Shown: positions 24,235 through 35,609 of the stretch, piece after piece
Layout: the number at the start of each line of letters is the position of its first letter
How positions within the stretch are numbered: the stretch's first letter is position 1
The notes under the pieces: generated by a model
What the model was told of the DNA's origin: nothing
What the model saw: only the letters and a program-made list of their open reading frames with translations
The model's database searches: none
From: Felis catus
Lineage: Eukaryota
Reading direction: 5' to 3'
Assembly: GCF_018350175.1 (NCBI RefSeq)
Contig: NC_058368.1
Location: forward strand, 152,522,001 to 152,586,000
DNA: 64,000 nucleotides
Translations under genes and position numbers: made by a program

Positions 24235-25351
24235 GTCTTAATTCCCTAAAATTAGTGGGGAAGGGAAAGTGTAAATGAATTGTTAACAGATTCCAGAATG
24301 GAACTGGGGATTTATTATCACCACAGCCTGCTTTACTCCTTTATCCCCTAAAGACTTCACAAAACTATAGATGATGTGTACTTTTACTGGACAGGGCCTC
24401 TGTAAAGACAAACACTAGGTATCCATCTACCACCACTACAGCCTATTGGTCCACCTGCAGATACCTGACCTAAACTGAACCAGTCAGATTCTTTTTTTCT
24501 TGGGACTTTTGAATACAGATACTGAGCCAATTAGTCAGAAGATGCTAAATACAACCGAAGGGTCAGGGCAAGACCTATAAAGGACAGCAAATCAAAGCCA
24601 AGAACAAGATAATTTGGGGCGGGGGGGGGAGCAGAGATGCCACAAGTAAACCCAGAAGCACAGAGAGAAGCAGAGGCCAAGCAACTCTGAGGGAGATGAA
24701 ATGAAATGTTGGGTTTTTGAAATGGTCAGTTTTCTCCCTTAGATAAACCTCTCGTTACTGAAGCTAATTTCAGTGTATATTTGTTACTCACAACCACACA
24801 ATTCATAATTCCTGTCTACTAGTTACAGCACTGCCAGATGCAGGAAACCCGTCCTTGGCAGACTGGAAAGACCTTGTTAATGTGACCTGAGAACACAGTG
24901 TGGTCTCCATGGTGATTCTTACAACTGATTCTCCAGCACTTTTTATCTAAGACTCTGAAGGTTAATTTAAATGTTCCTAAAAAGAAATGAAATAGAACTT
25001 CAGGGTCAAATTGAATTTTCCTTGGCATTTCCTATGTACTTCTCTCAGTATACATGTATCTCTATTAAAAATATCAAACTCTTGGTAACTGCCAGGTCTA
25101 CATGTAAAGGTTGTAATTTTTGCAGTTTTAGCCATAAGAAACATCATTTTAATATCTAAAAATTAGTCCATTTTATTGTCTACTTAATGGTGAGACAGTT
25201 TTAAAAGCTTTAAATAACCTATAATAGCTCAATGGAAACAAATCACCTCAATACAAATGTATTCTCCTTGATTCCTTGATCAATGATGCAATTACTTTCT
25301 TTTTCTTTTCCTCATTGTATCTCATTTTTTACAATGGCTTACCATTGGGGT

Positions 25352-25812
25352 AACATGGGGCTTGATCCCACAATCCTGGGATCATGACCTGAGCTGAAAT
25401 CAAGAGTCAGATGCTCAACTGACTGAAGCACCCAGGTGCCCTAAAACAATTTTTTTTAAAGTTTTATTTATTTAAGTTTTATTTATTTATTTATTTATTT
25501 ATTTAAGCCCCAGGTGGGGCTCAAACTCATGACCTCAAGGTCAAGAGTTACATGTTCTTCCAACTGACCTAGCTGAATGTCCCTAAAATAGTTTTTTTTT
25601 ATTTTTTATTTATGTTTTAATTTTTTTTAATATCTATTTATGGGAGAGAGTGAGTGAGCAGGGAAGGGGGAGAGAGAGAGGGAGACAGAAGATCTGAAGC
25701 AGACTCTGTGATGACAGCAAAGAACCCAATGCAGGACTCGAACTTAAGAACTGTGAGATCATGACCTGAGCTAAAGTAAGATACTTAACTGACTGACCCA
25801 CCCAGGCACCCC
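25352..25812 (-). mobile_element. Array of three stacked CanSINEs (about 25352-25441, 25461-25583, 25601-25812)
   Basis: Three SINE heads, each followed on the plus strand by TAAAA(C/T)A(A/G)TTTTTTT. Confidence 0.85.
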
Positions 25813-26168
25813 TAAAACAGTTTTTTTAAAAAGATGTTTTCAAGTCTTTTACAATAGCTTTATAATTATATCTAATTATATCAACTATGTGGACAATTAT
25901 GTTATACATAATTAAATTTCATTATTATTATTTTGCTATGAACTTGCAGCATAGCAATAAGAACAAACAGACTCCTGTGCTTCTCTACTGCTACTAACAA
26001 GCTTCACTAGACATTAGTTTTAACTATCAGTGAAGTGTATACGTATTAAATGTTATTGAGCTGGAAAGTACTATTGAAAGCAGTGTTTTAGGGAAATTAT
26101 TTTAATGGTGGTGCTCAGATCAGGATTAGTTATTAATATCAACAGTGTACATAAGAATCCAATCATTT

Positions 26169-26297
26169 GGGGGCACCTGAGTGGCTCAGTTGGTTAAGCA
26201 TCCGACTTCGGCTCAGGTCATGATCTCATGGTTCATGAGTTCAAGCCCTGCATCAGGCTCTGTGCTGACATCTCAGAGCCTGGAGCCTGCTTCAGAT

Positions 26298-26349
<52 letters not shown>

Positions 26350-26424
26350 TCATCAGAGACCGCGCTTTGTGTGTGTCTCTCTCTCAAAACTAAATAAACG
26401 TTAAAAAAAATAAAAAAAAAATAA
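26169..26424 (+). mobile_element. CanSINE with expanded (CT)n
   Basis: Full body; TSD AAGAAT(C/T)CAATC(A/G)TTT. Confidence 0.9.
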
Positions 26425-27049
26425 AAGAATTCAATCGTTTGGAATAATCAGGCTTGCCACATTGAATAATTCTAGCCTAGACAAAGATTGCCCCCTGAAA
26501 TAGCCTTCTGCTGGCTTCCTCAGCTATTCATTTCCTATATTACTAAGCACCTACCTTGAGCATGTTTGTCATATACAAAGAGCAACAAGGGGTTAAGTGG
26601 GGTAGGAACTGAGTGAGCTGGAATAGAGTAATAGAAGAGATTAGAGAGGTGGGGGGTAGATTGGTAACATCTTATAAAACTATATAGCCCTTCATTAGGA
26701 ATTAACTTTTATGGGGGATGAGGAAAAAATTTTTTGAAGTTTTTGTGTAAAGAAGTGATATGATCCACCTTATAAATTTTAAAAGTTCATTTGGGATCCT
26801 GGTTGAGAATACACTGTGAGGAGCCAAGGGAAGAGAAGGAAGATCAATAGGAACTTGGTATTGCAACAATTCAGGTGAGGTTTGATAGAAGCTGGGACCA
26901 GGGTAATAATGGTGGAGATAGAAATACTCAAACTGTGAATTTGAATTCGATTTTTGAAGACAGAACCAGTAGGACTTGTCATAATTGGGGTATATCAGTT
27001 AGGAATTGTATTTAGTGGTTAACAACTGAAATCTACCTAGAAAGTATTT

Positions 27050-27205
27050 TTTTCTTTTTTTTTTTTAATTTTATGTTTTTAATTTACATCCAAGTTAGTT
27101 AGCATACAGTGCAACAATGATTTCAGGAGTAGATTCCCTGATGCCCCCTACCCATTTAGCTCACCTCCCCTGCCACAACCCCTCAAGTAACCCTCCATTT
27201 GTTCT
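27050..27205 (-). mobile_element. Short carnivore L1 3'-UTR fragment with poly(A) tail
   Basis: T-run followed by sequence homologous to the reverse complement of the L1 3' end at 43350-43500. Confidence 0.75.
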
Positions 27206-27896
27206 TAATTCCAGAAGTAGGCAGACATGTGATGACATGGTAGCTCTCTACAGTTATCAGGAACTCAAGTTCCTTCTCATTTTCTGCTTTACCACCACAA
27301 TTTTCATTATCAAGGGCATAGATGACTAAGAAGTCCATTCATTGGATCCTTTTTCATGACTGGAGAAAAGAGGGAGGAGGAGAAGCCAAAAATGTTTTCT
27401 ATTTAGCTAAGCAGAACCTTTTAAGCAACCTTTCCAAGGATTCCTCTACAACATTTTGACTTAGAACTTTTTAGCTAGAACTTATTCACAAGGCCACACT
27501 TACCTACAAGGAATGTCTGGGAAATATAGCCTTTCAGGTGAGAACATTATTACTGTCCCCCCACCAAAAACCCTGGTGTTCTATTACTAAGGAAAATAGG
27601 AAGAATGGATACTGGTGGCAACTAGCACCCTTTGCCACGTGGATATGAGACAAATTGAGAGATCAAGGGTGACTAGCAGGAAAAGACTCTTACCCTTTAT
27701 ATGTCATAGACCCCTGTTAGCCCTCCAATGAAGGTTATGACCTGCCCTCTCAGAGCACTGTTTTAAGAATATGAATTAAAATAGTTAAAATTACAAAGGA
27801 ACTCACTTATATTGAAATATCATTATCAAAATAATAAAACATGTTATAAACACATGTGCTTTCTTCACAGTTGTTCCTATAATTCAAAGCAATGAT

Positions 27897-28103
27897 GGGG
27901 ACACCTGGGTGGCTCAGTTACTTAAGCATCCAACCCTTGATTTCAGCTCAGGTCATGGTCTCATGGTCATTAGATCAAGCTCCATGTCAGACTCTTTGCT
28001 GGATGTGGAGCCTGCCTAAGATTCTCGCTCTTCCCTCTCTCTCTCCTCCCCCCTTCTTGCACGTGTGTGCATGCTCTGTCTCTAAAACAAACAAAAAAAA
28101 CCA
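27897..28103 (+). mobile_element. Older CanSINE
   Basis: Diverged body; TSD CAAAGCAATGAT. Confidence 0.85.
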
Positions 28104-28782
28104 CAAAGCAATGATGAATATTAAAGGTATTTTGAGAACTCTGTAACAACTGTAATGTAATATAAAAATATCTGTGATTTTTGTTGGTGACAAATCACAG
28201 ATATTATTATTTATTACCTATAATAATAATTGAGGAAACATTGAATTTCAGTTATAGATTTGTGGTATTATAGATGCACTTTTTCCCATCCAATTTTATA
28301 GTCTCCTTGATCCCTTGAAACTTCATGAATCCAAGGATAAGTACTCCTTTACAAAAAATTTCAGCCTCTGCAACTGGAAGGACATGGATGCAATTATTGA
28401 GGTTTGAGAGAAAAAATCCACAGTTCGTTTTTGGATATGTTGAATTTGAAATGTCTATTTTACTAGTTAGGATTAGATTCGGTAAAAGTAATAGAAAAGT
28501 CCTAAATGTCAGTGGCTAAAATAACATAAACACATAAAAGCCTGACACAGACAGGCATGATGTTCCACAGTGTCATTAAGCCAGGATCCTTCTGTCTTGT
28601 TGCCCCACCAGGTGTTTTTCAGTCCCCAAGTTCCCTCTTTGGTGCAAGATTGCTTTGGGACCTGCAGTCATTATATGCATTTTAAATGCCTCCAACAGAA
28701 TTCTGGCAAACAATAAATATTTGCTAAATGAATACAATAGAGATACAAATGCAGACATCTTCTTAGAAATAATAGTGTAAGG

Positions 28783-28993
28783 TTTTTTTTCAATTTTTTT
28801 AATGTTTATTTTTGAGAGACAGAGATTGTGAGTCGGGGAGGGGCAAAGAGAGAGGGAGACACAGAATCCAAAGCAGGCTCCAGGCTCTGAGCTGTCAGCA
28901 CAGAGCCCAACGCAGGGCTTGAACTCACCAACTGTGAGATCCTGACCTGAGCCAAAGTCAGACACTTAACTGACTGAGCCATCCAGGCACCCC
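28783..28993 (-). mobile_element. CanSINE
   Basis: TSD AGAAA(T/C)AATAGTGTAAG. Confidence 0.9.
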
Positions 28994-29055
28994 AGAAACA
29001 ATAGTGTAAGTTTTAAGAGCAGATGAACATTTTAAGAAAGAATAGTTGTATCTGT

Positions 29056-29057
<2 letters not shown>

Positions 29058-29097
<40 letters not shown>
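29058..29097. repeat. (GT)20 microsatellite
   Basis: Read directly. Confidence 0.98.
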
Positions 29098-29100
<3 letters not shown>

Positions 29101-29329
29101 GCATATATATTTGAGATTTTTTTCTTAAAAACTCAATTTTATGCCTAAAAGCTTATGTGTACTTATATGTATACATTCACATGCACCACACTCAGACAAG
29201 TAGAAGGGCACACATTTAGAAGAGCTCTACACTTTGTTTAATACTCTGCTTTTGCCATCTTGAAATTTTTCATAACTTCTGAAAAAAGACCCTACAAATT
29301 AGGTAGATAGTTCTGTGAACAGGATTTTT

Positions 29330-29549
29330 TTTTTAATTTTTTTTTTCAACGTTTATTTATTTTTCAGAGAGAGAGAGACAGAGCACGAACGGGGGAGGGG
29401 CAGAGAGAGAGGGAGACACAGAATCGGAAACAGGCTCCAGGCTCTGAGCCATCAGCCCAGAGCCCGACGCGGGGCTCAAACTCACGGACCGCGAGATCGT
29501 GACCTGGCTGAAGTCGGACGCTTAACCGACTGCGCCACCCAGGCGCCCC
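29330..29549 (-). mobile_element. Young felid CanSINE (SINEC_Fc)
   Basis: Perfect TSD TGTGAACAGGATTTTT at 29314-29329 / 29550-29565. Confidence 0.95.
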
Positions 29550-30038
29550 TGTGAACAGGATTTTTATTTGGTGATTTGGAACCTTAGATCCATCTTCACA
29601 TTGTAGTTTGTCTGCTGGAAAAAATGAAGCCATGATAAAATTGAGCAAATGGTCCTGCACTATCAGGAGCGAGTTGGCAAAATTGCAAGTTTTAGCTCCC
29701 CCAAAAAGCCTTAGTTACCATCAAATAACATACATTTAAGATACACATATAGAATTATTCAGCATAAGCCAAACAGGTACCTTAAAAAACCACGTATTGT
29801 GACTTGGTGGAATCTAGATTAATACAGCTTTACTGTATTCACCATATTTACTGTAATTCAAAACAAAGAAATTCAACTCCCTTGCTTGTCAGAAAAGCCT
29901 CTTGAGTGAAGCTTCAGTGAATCTCCAAGTTTTGAGATTATTCTGTCTCTAATGATTGGCACCAAAAAGTAAAGTTTAAAAAGAACTTGGCAGGAAGACA
30001 AAGAGGCTGGTGGCAGATAAGATTTAAAGAAAAAAAGA

Positions 30039-30246
30039 GGAGTGTCTGGGTGGCTCAGTCGGTTAAGTGTCTGACTCTTGGTTTCGGCTCAGGTCATGAT
30101 CTCACAGTTCGTGGGATTGAGCCTCACATCCGGCTCTGCGCTGACAGTGCAGATCCTGCTTGGGATTCTCTCTGCCCCTCCCCTGGCCATGCGTGCACTC
30201 TTTCTCTCTTTCTCAAAATAAATAAATAAACATTTAAAAACAAAAA
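30039..30246 (+). mobile_element. CanSINE
   Basis: SINE head, CT-rich segment, A-rich tail. Confidence 0.88.
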
Positions 30247-30370
30247 GAAGAAGGATCATGAGAGATTGTATCACCAGGAATGCAGCTGATTGTTCATCAG
30301 CTACCCTTCAGCCAAACATAGGCTGCTCCTCAGCCTCTCACCAATCAAAGTGACTGTCACTATCAGTTCT

Positions 30371-30888
30371 TTTATTTCTTCCAAGTTTTTATTTAACTTC
30401 AAGTTAGTTAACATATAGTGTAGTATTGGTTTCAGGAGTAGAATTTAGTGATTCATCACTTACGTACAACACCCAGTGCTCATCCCAGCAAGTGCCCTCC
30501 TTAATGCCCATCACCCATTTAGCCCATCCCCCCGCCCACCTCCCCTCCAGCAACCCTCAGTTTGTTCTCTGCAGTTAAGAATCTCTTATGGCATACTTCC
30601 CTCCCTATTATTTTCTTATTTTATTTTTCTTCCCTTCCCTCATGTTCATCTGTTTTGTTTTTTAAATCCCACATATGGCTAAAATCGTATCGTATTTGTC
30701 TTTCTCTGACTTATTTTGCTTAGCCCAATATACTCTAGTTCCATCCACATCATTGCAAGTGGCAAGATTTCATTCTTTTTAATGGCTGAGTAATATTCCA
30801 TTGTGTATATATACCACATCTTCTTTATCCATTCAGCTGTGGATGGACATTTGCACTCTTTCCATAATTTGGCTATTGTTGATAATGG
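30371..30888 (-). mobile_element. Carnivore L1 3'-end fragment
   Basis: ORF2 C-terminus remnant (WIKKMWYIYTMEYYSAIKKNEILP) plus 3' UTR. TSD CACTATCAGTTCT at 30358-30370 / 30889-30901. Confidence 0.9.
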
Positions 30889-30934
30889 CACTATCAGTTC
30901 TAACTTGAAGGCCCAGACTCATTCTAACCATGGC

Positions 30935-31338
30935 TGTTAAAAGATAAACTGAGGCATATTAAAAATTTTAAGAGTTCTTTGAACAAAAAACCGGTTCCAA
31001 TAAAGCAGCATCTAATCTAGCAGATAGAAAGGAGCTCTGAGGAGCTGTACAAAAGGAAAGACTTTTATAGTCAAAAGGGAGCTGGAACAAGAAAATTATA
31101 CCAGGCAAAAACAAAACTAAACAAAACAGATTGGTTATTCCAAGTTACTTTTCTTTAGGAGGATGAGGGATCTCTTGGGGAAGTTACCAAACTAGTGCTG
31201 ATCAGGTGATTCCTGATTGAGTAGTCTAAGATTCTGTTTCTGGGAGAGCCAAAACTGCAATTAGGTTCAGTCTCAGTTTGTTGACATGGGGATTAGCATA
31301 AGCAACTCCATTTTCAGCCTATTGTCTTGTTTTTAACA
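30935..31338. mobile_element. ERV1-type LTR
   Basis: Inverted termini TGTTAAAA...TTTTAACA; 4-bp flanks TGGC/TGAC. Confidence 0.65.
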
Positions 31339-32384
31339 TGACCCAGAGCGGTGATCATATAGGATTAAAATTATAAGATGTTTATAGGGGGAGGGGAGGG
31401 ATGGTAACTATGTAACTTGTAACTATGTCTCTCCCACATTTTTCAGTATCACTGGAAATATTGGTGTTATGACAATTAGCACATTTTTCCTAATTTTCAA
31501 GCACCAAGGGGCACCAAATCAAAGTTGGAAACAAATTTATAGGTTTACCTTGAGAAATCTCTGTCTCTGAGACTCAAAATTAGTCATAAAAATTAAAGTT
31601 TTCTCTGTTTATAGTGAGTATAGAGTAATGGTTAAGAGTGTGGACTTTGCAACCAAACTACATAGATTTTAATCCTAGTTCATTTATCTATAAACTCTGT
31701 TTTATAGTCCCCATCTGCCAACAAAGGTGTGGAGGGAGGCAAGCTCTTAGTAGTGTCTGTGTTATAGTACCTTGTTGTGAGGAACAAATAATGTAAGTGA
31801 AACAAAACAGTTTTAGGCATATGATAAATGTTAAGGAGGCCAGTATGAGAATAAGTCATTTTAAAGGCAAATTTTCAGAAATGGTTAAAATCATGGCTCT
31901 GAAATTTAAAATGACTGTGTTTCAAAGATTCTATTTAACTTACCCTTTTTTGGAAAAGTTTATTTATTTAATCTCTACACCCAATGTGTATGTATATAAG
32001 GGCTCAAACTCATGATCCCAAGATCAAGAATCATATGCTCTTCAAATAGGCACCCCTATTTGACATATTCTTAATGAAAGAACCAGAGAATGTCACAACC
32101 GGTTAAAAGGAAAAGTCAAAGAACAGAGATACCTATAGACAAAAAATGTTGAAATGAATTTGTAGAGACCTAAAACTTGCTTTCTGGGATGAAAGCATCT
32201 CTATTCTCCTTCTGCCAGAAAGAATCTATTTGCATATTTACTCTTCGAAGCCTATTCTTTGAAAGTAGTTTTATTAACAGTACCTATTAATTTGGGAAAA
32301 TCCTTCATTTTTGAAGTATCCAAAATGTCCTATTGTTTCTGGTCTGCCAAGAAGCAAATTTCTTACCACTTGTAAGTTTGGAAC

Positions 32385-32740
32385 TGTCTTGGTCCCTTCA
32401 GGCTACTGTTAGAAAAATACCACAGACTAGGTGACTTATAAACAGTAGGAATGTTTTACAATTCTGGAGGCTGTAAAGTCCAAGATCAAGGCAGATTCCA
32501 TGTCTGGTGAAGGCCTACTTCCTGGTTCATAGACAATTACCTTTTCACAGCATCCTTGCATGGCAGGATGGGGTGAGAGAACTCTCTGGGATTTCTTTTA
32601 TAAAGGCATTAATCCCATTCATATAGATTCTGCCCTTGTGAACTAATCACCTTACAAAGTCCCCATCTCCAAATACCAGAATATTAGCGATTAGGTTCCA
32701 ACATATGAATTTGGAGGGACAAAGATTTCAATCTATAGTA
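32385..32740 (-). mobile_element. MaLR MLT1A-like solo LTR
   Basis: MLT1 motifs (AATACCACAGACTAGGTGACTTATAAACA, TCTGGAGGCTG..AAGTCCAAGATCAAGG); 5-bp flanks GGAAC/GGGAC. Confidence 0.75.
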
Positions 32741-33121
32741 GGGACTCTCTACGGCAGGCACAGGACAGCTTTCCTGAAGGACTCAGTAGACATTAGGTAC
32801 ATAAGTAAGGTCACTTTTAATTCCCTTAAAATGGCTTATAATATCTGATTAAATGAGCACTATTCTCAAATATGACATTGTAGGCACAGCCTTGCTTTTG
32901 TAAATGCCAATTATCCTAGCAAAAAGGGGGACAGAGTGTCACTGGAACCACGCAAATAACTATATATCACCATGCAAAATGTGTATATCAATAAGAGTGT
33001 TTGAATGTTGGGATTGGGACTGGTCGATGAGAAGCTGATATCTTTTTTTTAATGTTTTCAATTGTTTCTTGTAATGTTTTCAATTTACAAGAAGAGTTTA
33101 TTCAATTGCTGTGGTCTACCA

Positions 33122-33256
33122 GGGTGCCTAGGTGGTTCAGTTGGTTAAGTGTCCAACTTCAGCTCAGGTCATGATCTCGTGGTCCGTGAGTTTAAGGTCT
33201 GTGTTGGGCTCTGTGCTGACAGCTCAGAGCCTGGAGGGAGCCTGCCTCAGATTCTG

Positions 33257-33302
<46 letters not shown>

Positions 33303-33331
33303 CCTCTCAAAAATGAATAAATGTCAAAAAA
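33122..33331 (+). mobile_element. CanSINE
   Basis: Body with (CT)n; TSD AATTGCTGTGG(T/A)CTAC. Confidence 0.88.
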
Positions 33332-34614
33332 ATTTTTCCTTTAATTGCTGTGGACTACAGATAGCTTAAGAAGGAAAGAGAAGGCTTCTTTATATGTCTA
33401 GCAAATAGAACCTTAAGACAATATCAACAATATTTTAAACAAATAGCCACAATAAAATTTTCCCTTATCACTTTATTTAGTACAATGTAAGAAATTCTTT
33501 TTTACTAGATCTTGAGATATCAGTCTTGTGAAGCCATCTGCTTCTCAACTAAAGGGTTCTAGAATTCTGATTCCAGCCCCCAGTATGCTCTGAAAATTGC
33601 CTAAGTGATATCATGAAAATCCTATACCCAAGGGTCGTGTCTTTGAAGCACCAGTAGTTTGAAGTAGCTGGCACATTCCTTTTCTACTGGGCTCTGAAAT
33701 GATTCTTCTTTGTTAAATATACAAACTCAGGCCTGTAGCTGATTGTAGATTGCTTGAAGCAAACATAGAATAAAACAAAACTGTTCATAGATGAGAGAGA
33801 CTTAAAATGGCTATGGCTAATTTATTACTAATAATTTCCAAATTTGAAAGATCTAATGAAAGTTCATAATAAGGCTAATGTAACTGACACAGAAATTGGC
33901 TGTTTCTATAACATGAAAAACCAAATAATAAAGCCATTTCCAAAAAAATTGCCAATGTCTTTAAGGACAATGATTAAGCCTATTTTCAAATAGGTCAGTG
34001 AATGTTACACCTGATCCACAAAAAAATAGGTGATCATAGTTTTTTTTTTTTTTAAATATTGTACTATAACATATAATCCTGAGAAATAATATACTTCGTA
34101 TACCAAGAATATTAACTGAAGGTATTCAGTATGTCTGGTATAGGTCCTGGTTTATTTACTTGTTTAAAACTCCCTGGATAAGTCTTATATGCATACCAAA
34201 TTGAAAAACACTGGCCCATATGATGCTAGATTCAAATTATAAAGTAAGATTTTGGCAAGTAGCATTTAAAAGCATAACTGAAATTATTACTGGTAATACA
34301 GTGTTGCCTTCTTTCATTAGGCAACACTCTGCCGGGTCCTTCACAAATATAGAAAAAGTCAATAGAATTATATTATTGGCATTTTGATCAGTGTTTTACC
34401 TAAAGTTAAAACTCATAATGGGAAATGAGGCATTGGCAAATCCCAGGAACATCCCATGAAGTATATAAAAATTTAATCTTGGGAAGGTAAAATGTCTTTC
34501 TGATTGGACAACAGTCTTCATGTAACTCATCACAAGTAACCTATCAAATGAACTTGTGTTTTGCTCTGCTGTCTTGGCTGCCCTCTTTTCCATTTAGTCT
34601 CTAATGTCTCCAAC

Positions 34615-35058
34615 AACGTACAAATATTTCTTGAGTTTGTAGCAGCATTTTTCCTAATAGTCAAAAGGTAGAAACAACCCAAATGTCTATTAACTGATAA
34701 ATGAATAATCAAAATGTTATATGATCAAATATTATTTGGAAATAAAAAGAAGTGAAACAGTGACACACACTACAACATGGGTGAACCCTGAAAACATTAT
34801 ACTCAATGAAAGAAGCCAGACTCAAAAGACATATGCTGTGTGATTCCATTTTTCTGAAATTTCCAGAATAGGCAAATCCCTAAAGACAGAAAGTAGATTA
34901 GTGGTTACCTGGGTCTGGCAGGGAGAGAAAATGCAGAAAGATTGCCAGTAGGTACAAAGATTTTTCCAGGGGGAGGGGGCGGTGATAAAAATGTTCTGGA
35001 ATTAGATGGTGGTGTTGGTTATACATTTTAGTGAATATACTTAAAACCACTGAAATGT
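34615..35058 (+). mobile_element. L1MB-like 3' fragment
   Basis: Typical L1M 3' UTR motifs (GAAACAACCCAAATGTCTAT, GAACCCTGAAAACATTATACT, AAAATGTTCTGGAATTAGATGGTGG). Confidence 0.7.
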
Positions 35059-35609
35059 AGGGAGGCCTGGGTGACTCAGTCAATTCACTGTCCCACTCTT
35101 GATCCCAACTCTGGTCTTGATCTCATGGCCATGAGTTCTACCCACACTTAGCTCTGGAATTGGGCCCCCACACTGAATATGTTTAATGCCTTAAACATGA
35201 TTTCTAGGACATTTTAAATTCTGATGATTTTGCTTTTTTTATTCCTATATAAAAATCTTCCCTATCCTAATGTCTTAAACATGATTTAAAATTTCAATAC
35301 ACATGTGTTTCCATTTTTCAAATTTAGGTCTTTAATCCATTTGGAATTTATTTTTATGTTGTCAGGGACCTTTTTTCTCACATCAACAATTGGAATATAT
35401 ACCAAATAACTCATCTTTTATCCATTGATTTAAAATGCAATATTTATAACTACCAAAAATTTATATGGGCATTTTCTGGATTCTCCATTCTTGTCCATGG
35501 ATTTGATGTCTTATTTATTATACATTTTCAAAACTGTACTTCACATAGGGAATATTTATAAGAAATTAAATAGGAATTTGCTGTTAGAAAAAAATACCAA
35601 CTAGAGATT

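Noticed and set aside
31400..34390. Possible degraded ERV internal sequence next to the 30935 LTR
   Set aside because: Only a compositional impression; no gag/pol/env motif or second LTR found, and the LTR's matching 4-bp flanks suggest it is solo.
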